Positions 12,311-25,741 of a stretch of DNA of 64,000 nucleotides are shown in pieces (the first letter of the stretch is position 1; every line of letters begins with the position of its first letter). The stretch is from Octopus sinensis (Eukaryota), in contig NC_043015.1 of the NCBI RefSeq assembly GCF_006345805.1, forward strand, positions 53,134,001-53,198,000. The letters are read 5' to 3'. Below the pieces are notes generated by a model. The model was given only the letters and a program-made list of their open reading frames with translations. It was not told the origin of the DNA and made no database searches. A program made the translations under genes and the position numbers.

Positions 12311-12429
12311 TATATGTGCGTGTGTGTATGGTGTATGCATTATGTATGTGTGTGTGCTTGTATGTATCTATATAAATGTGTGTATGTATGTATGTATCTA
12401 TGTATGTGTGTATGTATTTAGTCTCTTCT

Positions 12430-12895
12430 ATTATCTAATTATTATAAATCTTCCACCGAGGAGTGAGTCGGTTTCCAACAAAGATACAAGGCTCCATCTT
12501 TGGGATGTTGTTAACACAGACAAATTTACATTCGGAACTTGAGAAAAGTCTTGCCTATTTTCATTGTTCCACTCACAGATTGCACTTGTATGTACGAATC
12601 AACCGGTCGATTTCTCTTTCTGGAAATCCCAGTTTACCCAGATACTCCTTTAAGCATTTACTAACAAAACCTTGCGCTCCAATTATTATTGGTAGGATTA
12701 TGAATTCATAGTCTGGATATAAAAGCTAGAGGTTGCGAAGCAGTTGTCCATAGATATCTCCTTTTTCTATAATTTTCAAAGAGATATTTATATATGTAGG
12801 GCAGCTGACCTCTATGATGGTACATACCTTTGCCCCTCTGTCCCAAACAACAAAATATTCCACCAGTATTCAATGAGTTAGTGCTTATGAATGTA
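12430..12895 (-). pseudogene. RLE-type non-LTR retrotransposon C-terminus (second clade) with 3'UTR
   Basis: KVCTIIEVSCP..EK.DIYGQLLRNL.LLYPDYEFIILPIIIGAQGFVSKCLKEYLGKLGF..VQSVSGTMKIGKTFLKF. Confidence 0.75.
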
Positions 12896-12937
12896 TTCCA
12901 TAGTTGAGATTTTCTGAGTTTATTTCAGGACAGCCTC

Positions 12938-13112
12938 TATGTATGTATGTACGTACGTATGTATGTATGTATGTATGTATGTATGTATGTATGTATGTAT
13001 GTATGTATGTATGTATGTATGTATGTATGTATGTATGTATGATTTTGTGGTGTATGTATGTATGTATGTATGTATGTATGTATGTAGGTATGTATGGTGT
13101 GTGTGTATGTAT
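12938..13112. repeat. (TATG)n microsatellite
   Basis: Direct reading. Confidence 0.95.
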
Positions 13113-13823
13113 GTACGTTGAAGGCGTACATACATGTGTATGGAGGAATGAAGCCTGTGTATGGAGGAATGAAGTGGAGGAATGAAAGCCTTCATTCTCC
13201 ATCGCATATATATATATATATATATACTATATATCTATATATATATATATTATATATATATATATATGTAGATACCCGCTGCAAACAAATTATTTAATTA
13301 ATTAAGTAACTAAATAACCCAATAATCCATTATAAAACAGCCCTATCGTTGCCTGGATTAGAGGTGAATTGGATCGGCGTCTATCGACTTCAGTTACAGT
13401 TCCAACTGGAAGTGACGGGTTTTAAAATAGAAATTTGGGATCAGAAACGGAGGAAGGAAATCTTATGTTACTTCATACAAGCACAACGACACTACATCTG
13501 TTATTTCGGGTATCACCATCGCTAATACACCATCGCTAATATGTTGCTGGAATTGGCACGCTTATACATGCCTGTATGTATGTATGTATGTTATGTGTGT
13601 TATGTGTGTTATGTGTCTATGTATATATTTATGGCGTTCGTGGATTATTTCCTGATTGCAATTAGGAAATACTCACATCTGTAATATATATAATATCGTT
13701 CTATAATCACTGTACATCGTTTCGAGGGGGCGCTCTCACACTTATCAGGATTCAGGTTTCGTTAATGTGTGTTGTCTCCTTTGGCGTATTCGGATGAGCA
13801 CGCGAGCAATTACAAACATAAAC

Positions 13824-13864
<41 letters not shown>

Positions 13865-14044
13865 TTGTCTGTGCGTGTCTGTGTGTGTGCGTGTTTATAT
13901 ATAATGTAATTATGGTTATTAAAAGTATTTATATGCTATTAAACGCTTTCACTCATTCTCTCCTAATCTTTCTCACTTCTTTCACTAAGCAAACGCACGC
14001 GCACACACACAACAATGTATATATATATGTATATATATATATAT

Positions 14045-14352
14045 ATCACGTGACCGAGCAGACCATCAGATGTTGTTACACATCGCTGGTCACAATGCGT
14101 TCGCATTGTTTTAGCCTTCTGAATGACGCCACCCCGCTGGCTAAGCGAGCAGGCCCACACAGAAAGAAAGAGTGGTGAAGAGTGGTGAAAAGAGTACAGC
14201 AGGGATCACCACCCCCTGCCGGAGGATCGTGGAGCTTTTAGGTGTTTTCGCTCAATAAACACTCACAAACGTCCGGTCTGGGATTGAAACCGCGGTCCTG
14301 ACCGCCTGAGTCGACCAGCCGTCCCTGCAACCACTGGGCCCATTGCACCTCC
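14045..14352 (-). mobile_element. tRNA-derived SINE, family E
   Basis: Reverse complement gives gtggaggtgcaatgggcccagtggt head, ggtttcaatcccagaccgg B box, gagcgaaaacacctaaagctcc body shared with 42861-43163. Confidence 0.8.
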
Positions 14353-15319
14353 ACACATACACACACACACACATTATATATATGTATTATATGTATGCAT
14401 ATATATGCAATATATATACGTGTGAATCTATATAAGCATATATACATGTGTACATGTACATGTATATTATATATATATATATATATACATAAATATGTGT
14501 AAGTTATATGTATATATGTATTATAATATATATATATATATATATATGCATACCATATATATGTCCGTGTATATATATCTATATATATCCATATATATAT
14601 CTATATATGTATAATATATATGTTTGTATGTGTATGTGTGTGTGTTGTGTGTATTATATATTTATATATACATACATACATAATACATACCTATATATAT
14701 ATACATACATATATATATATAATATAATATATATATATATATATTATATATATATATATATCTATTATATTATATTATATATATATATCTATAATATATA
14801 TATATATATATATTACCAATATTGATCAGAGAACAAACATCAAATTCGAGTCAACGGCTTTATATATAAAACCACGCCCCAAAACATTTGATCATATATA
14901 AATGTTACCATGGCCCTTAAACATATAAACTATACATATATAAAAAACAAACGCGGAAGGTAAAAAATATATATGCGAATAAAAATACATAATATAGAAC
15001 GGCCTATCAAGAAAGTATTAATACAACGTACTAAAATTTCTAAAGCGTGTCATACGACTAAAAGTCTAAATAAAATATAATATCAACCGACTACCAAAAA
15101 ATACAAAAATTATCGCTGTCTCAATTACATTTAAGCACTTCAATTTTTGCAGTCTTATAAAACATTTTAATCTCCGTTAAAATAGGCAAAAATTATTTCT
15201 TATATTATGTCGTATATATATATATATATGTATATGTATATATTATATATATATACATAAACACCACACACATACACAAATATATTTGGTTGACCGCTAA
15301 ATCCACAAGTTTTTTCATT

Positions 15320-15394
15320 CTCCCTCTGTTTATTTCTTGTGTCCCTTTCTGTTGAAGAGCATAGGCTCGAAACGTAAAAGATTTTCTCAATTTC

Positions 15395-15396
<2 letters not shown>
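15320..15396 (+). mobile_element. Penelope-like pseudo-LTR remnant
   Basis: Homologous to 1451-1616 (-). Confidence 0.55.
15345..15380 (+). ncRNA. Hammerhead-like motif, variant core (CUGUUGA-A)
   Basis: cttt-CTGTTGA-a-gagc-atag-gctc-GAAAC-GTA-aaag. Confidence 0.55.
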
Positions 15397-15475
<79 letters not shown>

Positions 15476-15497
15476 TATATACATATATATATATATT

Positions 15498-15545
<48 letters not shown>

Positions 15546-15564
15546 ATATGTATATATATGTATG

Positions 15565-15596
<32 letters not shown>

Positions 15597-15599
15597 TGT

Positions 15600-15802
15600 A
15601 TGTGTGTCTCTGTCCTCCCCACCACCGTTGACAACCGATGTTGGTATGTTTACGCCACTGTAACTTAGCGGTTCGGCAAATGATACCGATAGAATAAGTA
15701 CCAGGCTTGCAAAGAATAAGTCCTGGGGTCGATATGTTCGACTAAAAGGCGGTGCTCCAGCATTGCCGCAGTCAAATGACTGAAACAAATAGAAGAAAAG
15801 AA
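15600..15802 (+). mobile_element. SINE family A, 3' half
   Basis: ttgacaaccgatg...gtaacttagcggttcggcaaa...cagtcaaatgactgaaac. Confidence 0.85.
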
Positions 15803-16100
15803 GAATATACCTTACATGCGTGCGCGTATAAACATAACCCTAACCCCAAACCTAAACTAATTCTCAATGGGTTTCACTAAGTTATAATGAATTTAATCTG
15901 AAATAATAATCAGAGAGCGTATTTAATTACCCATGCCACTTGTTGGAATTGTGGATTCTGCCTGTGAGTGTGTGTGCGTGTGTGTGTGTGTGTGAGTGTG
16001 TGTGTTGCTGTGTGCGTGTGTGTACACACGCGCGTCCGAACACAGACATATTGATATATAAATATAATTATGTGTTTATGCGTGTGTTTATATGCGTATA

Positions 16101-17112
16101 TTGGGTCATCCCATAAATAATGCGGTTTTTTGAATTACATGAACTAAAAGTCGGAGAGATACTCGATATACTACCTCCATCAACCTGCTATAAAAGTAGT
16201 TAATAATTTAACCTTAAACTTATTCTTAGTGCAAGTTTTGAAGAGTGTAGTACGATTTTAACTGTTATTTTTTTTCAAAGCTATAAGGGCAATGACAAAT
16301 GAACATATTCGTCATATTTTGCTTTATGTGTTCGATAAAGGCAAGGACTCGGCGGAAAATGAAAAGAATATTAATGCAGTATATGGGGATCGGACACTAA
16401 GCGTAAGCCAATGTCAACGGTTCTTCCAGAAATTCCGAGCCGGAAACTACAATCTAGAAGACGTGCCTCGTCCTGGAAGATCTCGACGAGGAGGAAGCAA
16501 ATCCTATCGGAATTGTTGAGGAACTAGCAGAGCGACTTGGATTTGGTGATTCAACCATTCATGGACACCTGCGTGCCATCGGATGTCAGCAAATTGGGTC
16601 AATGTGTTCCTAATAAACTTTCCGAGTCTAATAGCGCGCAGAGAGTGAATGTGTGCTCTTCTTTATAGACCAAATAGTAACTGGTGAAGAGAAATGGGTT
16701 CTATATAAAAAGGTTAAGCGCCGAAGAGAGTGGGTTGGAAAAGGAGAAACACCGGCACCCCCGGCTAAAGATGGTTTACTCCCACGATGGGATATGAAAT
16801 GTTTAATCCACTTTGAACTTTTAAACCCAAACCAAACGATAACAAAGGAGATCTGTGAGTAGCTTAAGTCAGCGCTTGAAATAAAGCGACCATCTTTGCT
16901 TTCAGCACAAAAGGTTTTCTTCCATCTGGATAAAGTTCGGCCACATACTGCGAGAATGACATTCCAAAGGCTGGAGCAGTTTGAATAGGAAATCTATGCC
17001 ACCTACCATATTCACCGGACATTGCACCATCTGATTATCATTCATTCCGGAGTTTTCAAAATCGTTAAAAGTAGAAGTATAAAAATTCCACAATATTTAT
17101 CGGATGATCTAA
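16101..17112 (+). mobile_element. Mariner (DD34D) transposon, internally deleted, with pseudogenised transposase
   Basis: TIRs ttgggtcatcccataaataatgcgg / ccacaatatttatcggatgatctaa, TA on both flanks; MTNEHIRHILLY..CQRFFQKFRAGNYNLEDVPRPGR; IVTGEEKWVLY; FHLDKVRPH; PYSPDIAPSDYH. Confidence 0.92.
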
Positions 17113-17141
17113 TACATATGCACGCATATAAACACACACAA

Positions 17142-17184
<43 letters not shown>

Positions 17185-17190
17185 CACAAA

Positions 17191-17240
<50 letters not shown>

Positions 17241-17320
17241 ATTATATCTATTTTTCAATATGTCTTTGTGTATGTGTGCGTGTACATATGTGTGTACGCG
17301 TGTATATATTCATCTATTCA

Positions 17321-17530
17321 TTTGCTTGTTTCAGTAATTTGACTGCGGCCATGCTGGAGCATCGCCTTAGGTCGAACAAATCGACATCAGGACTTAGTGT
17401 TTGTAAGCCTAGTACTTATTCTGTCGCTCTCTTTTGTCGAACCGTTAAGTTACAGGGATGTATTTACAGGGATGTAAATACACCAGCATCGGTTGTCAAG
17501 CGATGATTGGGGGGGAGCAAACAGAGATAC
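17321..17530 (-). mobile_element. SINE family A, 3' half
   Basis: Reverse complement of the family A 3' half. Confidence 0.85.
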
Positions 17531-17546
17531 ACAGTCACGCTGCACC

Positions 17547-17588
<42 letters not shown>

Positions 17589-17643
17589 TATATATATATA
17601 CACCACACACACATATTTAATTCATACATACATGCATAGCTAT

Positions 17644-17695
<52 letters not shown>

Positions 17696-17698
17696 ATA

Positions 17699-17767
<69 letters not shown>

Positions 17768-17769
<2 letters not shown>

Positions 17770-17800
17770 TAGCTGAAGGTGACCCGCCTACGCGCGGGTA
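17768..17800 (+). mobile_element. Helitron-type 5' terminus candidate
   Basis: tactagctgaaggtgacccgcctacgcgcgggt: ACTAG start followed by hairpin acccgc/gcgggt, directly after a (TA)n array. Confidence 0.35.
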
Positions 17801-17832
17801 AGAGTGTGGTTGTTACTTTCTGTTGCTTCCTT

Positions 17833-18148
17833 TCAGCACGTAAAAAGCACCATCCGAACGTGGCCGATTCCAGCGCCGCCTTGACTTGCTCTTCTGTGCG
17901 GTGGCACGTAAAAAGCACCAACCCATCGTTGCCGCAGCGAGCCCCCCTGGCACCTGTGCCGGCGGCACGAAAAAAGCACCCACTACAATCACAGAGTGAT
18001 TGGCGTTAGGAAGGTCATACACCTGTAGAAACACTGCCAGATCAGACTGGAGCCTGGTGCAACCTCCTGGCTTCCCAGACCCCGGTCACACTGTCCAACC
18101 CGTGCTAGCACGGAAAACGGACGTTAAACGATGATGATGATGATGATT
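17833..18148 (+). mobile_element. 5'-truncated SINE, family F, with triplicated module and (GAT)n tail
   Basis: Three gcacg(t/a)aaaaagcacc units, ttggcgttaggaagg, tail acggacgttaaacgatgatgatgat. Confidence 0.7.
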
Positions 18149-18469
18149 CTCCGTCTTTGTTTCTCTCTCCTTTCTCTCTCACTTTCCCACTCTCTTACTT
18201 TTCTTTTCTCTCGGACTCACCCTCGCTTCCTCTTACTCTCTATCTTTATCTATCTCTCTCCCATTTATAAACAACAGAAGATCTTGAGTAAGTTGAGAAA
18301 TAAAATATTTAGAAAGATCACTCATAAATATCAGGCAGTGGCAACGGAAAGGTCTGCTTCAAGGCAGACAGCAAAACGCTAACATTTAAAAGGGACAGCC
18401 GAACTTGCGAGCTGAATAAAAATAATAAAATATTGGAACCAAAGTTTGAAGGGATAGAATCTGAGGATA

Positions 18470-18740
18470 GTAGAGTCACCATGGCTGGCATTCTTCACGA
18501 CGGACAGCAACGTATTGACAGTTTAACGGCTGGCGTAAAATTTTGAACTTGATGTAAAGAAATTCGTAAAAACCACCAGTTTTTGAAGTGATTCTTTCTC
18601 ACGACAGTAGACTCACCATGGCAAGCATCAAAACTTCTTTATCATGGACGGCATCACATTGACGATTAAAAGGCTGGCGCAAATTTTTTAGCTTGATGTA
18701 ACAGAGAATTCCTAAACACCCGCTCCTTGAAATTTTAAAC
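18470..18740. repeat. Diverged tandem duplication, unit about 135 bp
   Basis: agtagagtcaccatgg..ggctggcgtaaaattt..cttgatgtaa versus agtagactcaccatgg..ggctggcgcaaattt..cttgatgtaa. Confidence 0.75.
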
Positions 18741-18948
18741 CCCTTCCAGCACCATTTAGACCCTTTTCGCATTTTGTTAATATAACCCGATTTCATTCGG
18801 GTCTACTGGGGCCACATTTTATAAGATGAGGAATTTTGTCCTAGAGGTGACGCCTTTCATTTGAGGAAAATATAGTTGTCATGCAAACTTGCCAGCACTT
18901 TTAACATAGGTGTGCATATTTTCAGCTGAATCGACCGACTACGTAATG

Positions 18949-19042
<94 letters not shown>

Positions 19043-19860
19043 CACGCATTATATATACTAATGTATACAAATGAGATATATATCTGTATAAATTAAATTA
19101 GAGATAAAACCACTAATAAGCAAATCAAACAGTGAAAAACCAAAACAAAAAAAACATAAAAAAAATATAATATAGAAAGTATATAAAATATAAAATTGAA
19201 AAATTTAAATTATTTAAATGAAATAAAAATATTAAATTATATTTATAATTTGTTAAAAATATATATATAACTATGAAAAAGTATGAAAAAGTTTAATATA
19301 CATAAATACAGATATATACACTTTGTATATATACATTAATATATACATATTTATATATAGAACACACACACACACACACACATACATTATATATACATAT
19401 TTATATATAGAACACACACACACATATAAATGAACGCAAGAATATCTGATTCATAATATTTGTTCTCATGCTCGTGTGTTGTTGGTGACAGACAGATACA
19501 TAAAAGAACGTCGAGTGATGGGAAGGTAGGAAACAGAGTGAGTGAAAAAGAGAGGAAATAGCGACAGATACATCAAAGAACGCCGTCTGACGAACTTTAC
19601 ATTAAATAACGGGAGTGGACTTGTCAAAGTTATAACTGAAGGGGAGTGAGAGGGTAATTTAGGAAATAGCGTGAGTTAGGAAGATGGCCCCTAGCAATCA
19701 CACCTTTTAAGATAGGGATTTCTAAGGTAGCCCACGGGCATTGTCACCTCATTCTACATGTCCCTGTAAATTTTGGAGCGAATCGGACGGGATGTAGTGG
19801 CATTGAAAGCGATCCAAGCGGTAAAAAGCATTTCAGTTTATATATATATATATATATTAT

Positions 19861-19906
<46 letters not shown>

Positions 19907-20093
19907 ATATGTAATATAATATGTATGTATATCGGTCTGCTTGTCTGTCTGTCTGACTGCTTGTCTGTCTGTCTGTTTGCCTTTCTGTATATATGGGAAT
20001 GCTTGGCAATTGTACGTCTTTCTCTATGTATACGTACGTTTGCATTTGTGTAAACCTGTAACTGTAATCTTAGCTATCTTAATGTGTATATAC

Positions 20094-20134
<41 letters not shown>

Positions 20135-20570
20135 GAATATAAACGTAATTTGTTTAGACATGTAAACATACACACACACACACATATACACACAGAGACA
20201 CACACACGCACACAACTATGCAGGTATCCATGTATTCGTTCCTTCATATTTGCGTATATGCGTGGCCATAAGCGTAATTGTATGTGTATGTATACACATT
20301 TACACTCACGTATCTGTTGGTGTTTTTCTGCCTTGCTTTTACTCTCTCACTAACCAATTACCATCTGGTTTTCGAATTTGCAGCATCTTCCTGAATACCA
20401 GTCTGCAAACCATGAAATGTCAGATCTATGAATTCAAAAACAAAACGTAGGTTTATTGGATCACCACCTCAACACACCGCCCTTGCTGCCAACTAATATA
20501 CACACCACCATAATTGTGTGTTGACCACTCACTTTAGATGCATATCTATCTATATATATATATATATATC

Positions 20571-20792
20571 TGTTTCTTTATTGCCCAGAGGGGGCTAAGC
20601 ACAGAGAGGACAAACAAAGGGATTAAACCGATTACGTCGACCCAGTGCGCAACTGGTACTTATTTAAACGACCCCGAAAGGATGAAAGGCAAAGTCAACC
20701 TCAGCAGAATTTGAACTCAGAACGTAACGGCAGACGAAATACTGTTAAGCATTTCGCCCAGTGTGCTAACGTTTCTGCGAGCTCGTCGGCTT
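20571..20792 (-). mobile_element. SINE family B (tail variant with gtttagcccc)
   Basis: Reverse complement matches 49509-49728. Confidence 0.9.
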
Positions 20793-21051
20793 AGTATATG
20801 TGTGTGTGTGCGTGTGTGCGTGCGTATGTGTGTGTGTGTGTGTGTGTCTGTTTGTGTGTTGTGTGTGTTTGTGTCTGTGTGTGTGTGAGTATATATGTGT
20901 TTGAGTATGTAGATATGTGCGTGTACATATATATGCATACATATACATGTGTATAATTATACCTACAATTATATATATCTAAGTATATATATGTATGTGT
21001 GTGTAGGCATATATATATATGCATGCATACACACACGCACTCACACACATA

Positions 21052-21113
<62 letters not shown>

Positions 21114-21266
21114 GTATATATATATATACACACAAATATACCAGACGTTACAAAAAAAAGTAAGTGCTGGGCTTGATATATTCGTCTAACCTATTCAAAA
21201 TAATGTTCCAGCATGGCCGCATTCCAATGACTGAAACTATTAAAAAATAAAAGATTAATACACCCA

Positions 21267-21310
<44 letters not shown>

Positions 21311-21827
21311 CGACATATGTGAGAATACTCGCAGATAGATGTGCAGACATTTATGTACAGACGCATCTCACATTCGTCTAATCATTTATTCGCTCGTATA
21401 TCTCTTCATTCTGTCTACCTGCGTCTACAAATCTGTCTGTGTGTACCGCGGTAGGTTTGCTTGTTTGCACAGTTGCACAGATGAGTATAACACACGCGCG
21501 CACACACATACACACACGCATACTTTTACATACACGCACATGCGTGTAAACACTTACATGTGCATGTCTACCCATACACCCGTCTTCGTCAGCTCACCCG
21601 CATATGCATTTGAGCTTACGTTTTTTATTACATTATTACTAATATATATTACACATGTTTTATATAACACACGTATATGTAGGTACATATATATATATAG
21701 TGTGTGTGTGTGTGGTGTGGTGTGTGTTGTGTGTACGTGTAATACATGTATAAGTAGGTATGTTGATACATATATATATATATATATATATATAGTATTA
21801 TCTATAATACGTTTGTCATTAAGTATG

Positions 21828-21892
<65 letters not shown>

Positions 21893-21987
21893 TACACACT
21901 GTATATACTTTATAGCACATGTATATGTAGGTGTGTATATATATGTGCATGTGTGTGTATTCGTTTTTGTGTGGGTGTCCTATCTAT

Positions 21988-22068
<81 letters not shown>

Positions 22069-22909
22069 GGTAAATATATCTATATCTTAAATACATATGA
22101 AATTTCTGATATTTAAATTTTTTTTTATTATTCTTTTATATATTTATTCATGATTCTTAATACCGTTTTTCTTCATTTTGCTTTTTCGGTTTCCCGTTCA
22201 CACAAAGATACCTGGTCGCGTATATGACGCGTATATGTATGCACATGTAGTATATATAATATATATATGTATGTGTGTATATATATATATATATACACAC
22301 ATACATATATATATATATATATGTATGGGTACATACAAATATATATGCACATATATTTACATTTATTTATGCCTGCGTCTATATGTGCTTGTAGATGCTT
22401 GTGGATACAAGCCGAGTAGATGCGCATTTGGCTAGTAGACATGTATTTATCGAGGCATGTCACGCATGGATTTCTATGCAGTATTCTGGGAAGAGCGGTA
22501 GTGCTGACAGGGTGATTGTGACAGGCCTGGCACAAGATTTATGTCCCCATCACTTCATTGGTCTTTGCTTGTTTTCTTACCATTATTCCGTTACTTGGAA
22601 ATTGCCGTCCATACTTATGACTTAGAACATTTGCTATGTAAAGTATCATATGCTATAGCGCTCACGCGTCTCAATCAGCGTGACTGTCTGTCTGTCTGTA
22701 TGGAAGTATGTATGTCGTGTGCATGTACGTCTGTGTATGTATGTCTGTGTATTTAGGTTTTCATTGCTTTGGTTGTGTGGATACGTATTTATAAACGCGC
22801 AATATGTGTGTATATAATATAACGATGTTTACATCTGTAAGAAATATAGCCATACATCTACCGATATATATATATATATATATATGCATACACACATACA
22901 TACGTATAT

Positions 22910-22970
<61 letters not shown>

Positions 22971-24359
22971 TACACACATACATACGTATATATATTATAT
23001 ATATACATCGTACTTACTCGCATACATATATGTATACATGCATACAACCATGTTTGTTGAATAGATATAAATCATGTCGAGTGCATACACTTGCGCCGGC
23101 ATGCGCACACAACGCACACACATTTCTACACGTGCGCATGCGCATTCATGTACCTAAGAAACAAGATCTAATGCTCTCTCAAGTTTCCATGACTCTTTCT
23201 ACTTTCACTTTTCCCTCCCCCACGCCACTTTTCTCCCTTCTACGCTTTCCGTCATATTTCTCTCTTTATCACTTTCTCTTCTCTCGTTCTCCCCATCTCT
23301 CTCTCTCTCCCATTTTCTCATTCTCTGTCTTTTATACTCACTTATATATGCGTGTATATATGCAGAAATACAACCATTAACCGCCATAAACATTTTTTTC
23401 TCAGTTGTTAGGAAACACGCCATGTTTGGAAAACTGTAATCTACTTTAAAATTTTGTCCCATCTATTTGGCACCATCTATTTTCCTCTTTCAGCTGTTAT
23501 ATACCCAGTGGCCACTGGATCTGTTAGAAATAATACCAAAATGCCTCTTAAATCATAATCTACTTTCTATAAGAAGGAGGGACACTTCTGAGAATATCAT
23601 TGTAGAAATTAAGCAATTTGTCAATAGTTCCAGAATCAAAATGATGATACTGTAATAGGTTCGGCCAAAGAACTACGCAGTCATCTGTGACTTAGTGCTA
23701 ATCAACTGCACAGCATTTATACTGCGATTTAAAGATTAAAGTTTGTATTGTATGTGGCCACTCATTCTGGTAGAAATGGTAGCCAAATCTCTCTGAGGCT
23801 GTACGTTGCCAGCTTAGAAAATGAAGGGTTACGTTTGAAGAGGTAGATGTAAAATACAAAGCATACACGTATTTGTCTTCGCTTCAACATCTTTAGTGAT
23901 CTTTGCTCAATCGGGGATGATCTCGGGGCTAAATAACAACAACAACAGCAGCAGCAGCAGCAGCAGTTGCACCAGCATATAGTTATTTCCATACTCCGAA
24001 CTGACCAGGGAACACTCTGCTACTGATGCAACTGCCGCCGCCGCCTCCTCCGCCTCCACTACCGCCGCCTTCGCCGCCTTCACCGCAACCGCCTCCTCCT
24101 CCGATGCCGTCTCTGCCACCGCCGCCACTTGGCACCCTGGGCAGCTTTAGCGGAGTCCACTCTGTTACGAGCGTTAGGATTAAGCTTCTAGCTTGAAGAT
24201 AACTTCCTTCCTTCCTTCCCCCCTCTCTCGCGCCAGTATCAGAGGGCATGGAACAAGTGTTGGACACTGCCTTCCCTCCTGATTATAAAAAGTTAACTCT
24301 TGCAGTTTGAACGACCACCACGTCGAAAAATCTTCTTTGTTAGTATCGTTTATCTTTCA

Positions 24360-24751
24360 TTCTTTTACTTGTTTCACTCATTGGACGGCGGCCATGCTGG
24401 GGCACCACTTTAAAAAGCTTAATCGAACAAACCGACCCCGGTATTTATTCTGTCGGTCTGTTTACGGGGGATGTAAACAAACCCCAAATGGTTACCAAAT
24501 GATGGTGGGTGGAACAAACACACTCTCATTCAAACACAGACACACACACATTCACACACGTACACATTCACACTCGCATAATACGGCAGGCTACCTCAGC
24601 AGTTTCTATCAGCCATATTCACTAACAAGGTTTTGGGCGACCCGGAGCTACAATAGAAGATCTTCACCCTAGGTACCGCGCAGCAGGATTGAACTCGAAA
24701 CCTACGTGATTGCAAAGCGAGTTTCTTATATATACAGCCGTCTTTGCGCCT
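24360..24751 (-). mobile_element. SINE family A, diverged
   Basis: Head ending gcgcct, 3' end cttttacttgtttca. Confidence 0.8.
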
Positions 24752-25741
24752 AATAGAAATTTATGTTTCTTGCTTGTTGTATGTAATTGTTCAGCCATCG
24801 AAACTTGTTTGTTTCAGAGCCGAATTATGATGTTTGCATGGAATATCAATTCAATTCGATTTATAGATACACCAGAAGACAATTTATCTCTGACGATATA
24901 CTCGTCAAAAATTCGTCTCAGCTAAGCCATATTAATTACGGCACAGCATGTCAAAAACCTGATAGCCAGCGTTGTATCATATCATTCAGTGTGTGCTATC
25001 GGTGTTGGTTATCAGCTACAATTTATCAGTATGGACTATCGAAGACACGATATGAATGCCATCTAATGAAGAAGACAATAGAATTTAGCGCTGCCGAGGT
25101 CAATTTAGCTGCTGGTAATAAAAAGAACTTCATCTAAAGCTACTTGTTTGCTGAAGTATAGTTTAGTATGTGATACAGCATAGTTGCAGCTCGGATTTAT
25201 TATAGATAGAAGGACAGAGGGGAGGATACATAGCATATTGCTGTGGCTAACACTGCTTTAAATCAGCCCAGAGTGAGAAATTCTGTGACCAAAGATGTTC
25301 CAGAGCTGACCCTCTCTCCTTTCTTCCTCTCACACCTACTTCCTCCCATCCACCTCTCCCCTCATGCTCTGGCACCTTACTTCCTCTCTTCACTCCTACG
25401 AACCTTCTCCCTTCCACCCTCTCCCTTCATCGTCACCTCATCCCTCGTTACCCTACCCCTACACATTCCAACGCCACCATCTCTATACATCCTATCCCAT
25501 CCCCACCCCATCCCTTAGACCCTCACCCTTGCTTCCCCCATTCTCGCCTCTCCCACACCGCAACACCACCACGCCACACGCCACCACACCACCACATCAC
25601 ACACCACCACACCACACCACCATACCACATAACACCACATCACACCACCCCGCACACACTAGCACTGACCACTTATTACTATTATTACAAACAATAATTA
25701 CAAAGAACAAATTACAAACAATAATTTACAAGATGAGGTGT

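Noticed and set aside
13133-13192. tggaggaatgaa repeated three times, and other short tandem duplications (13516-13543, 14166-14186)
   Set aside because: Ordinary slippage duplications.
15835-15860. taaccctaaccc telomere-like sequence
   Set aside because: Only about two TTAGGG-type units; too short for an interstitial telomere.
17836-17980. Three short repeats with 45-50 nt spacers, superficially CRISPR-like
   Set aside because: The spacers resemble each other, the unit lies inside a SINE, the DNA is eukaryotic and there are no cas genes.
19080-19310. A-rich stretch that may be another Penelope pseudo-LTR remnant
   Set aside because: No second copy or ribozyme core within this window, so it cannot be supported from the sequence.
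23907-24267. Poly-Pro, poly-Gly, poly-Ala and poly-Gln ORFs as a CDS
   Set aside because: Low-complexity triplet repeats; stops bracket every frame. Kept only as a possible non-coding exon.
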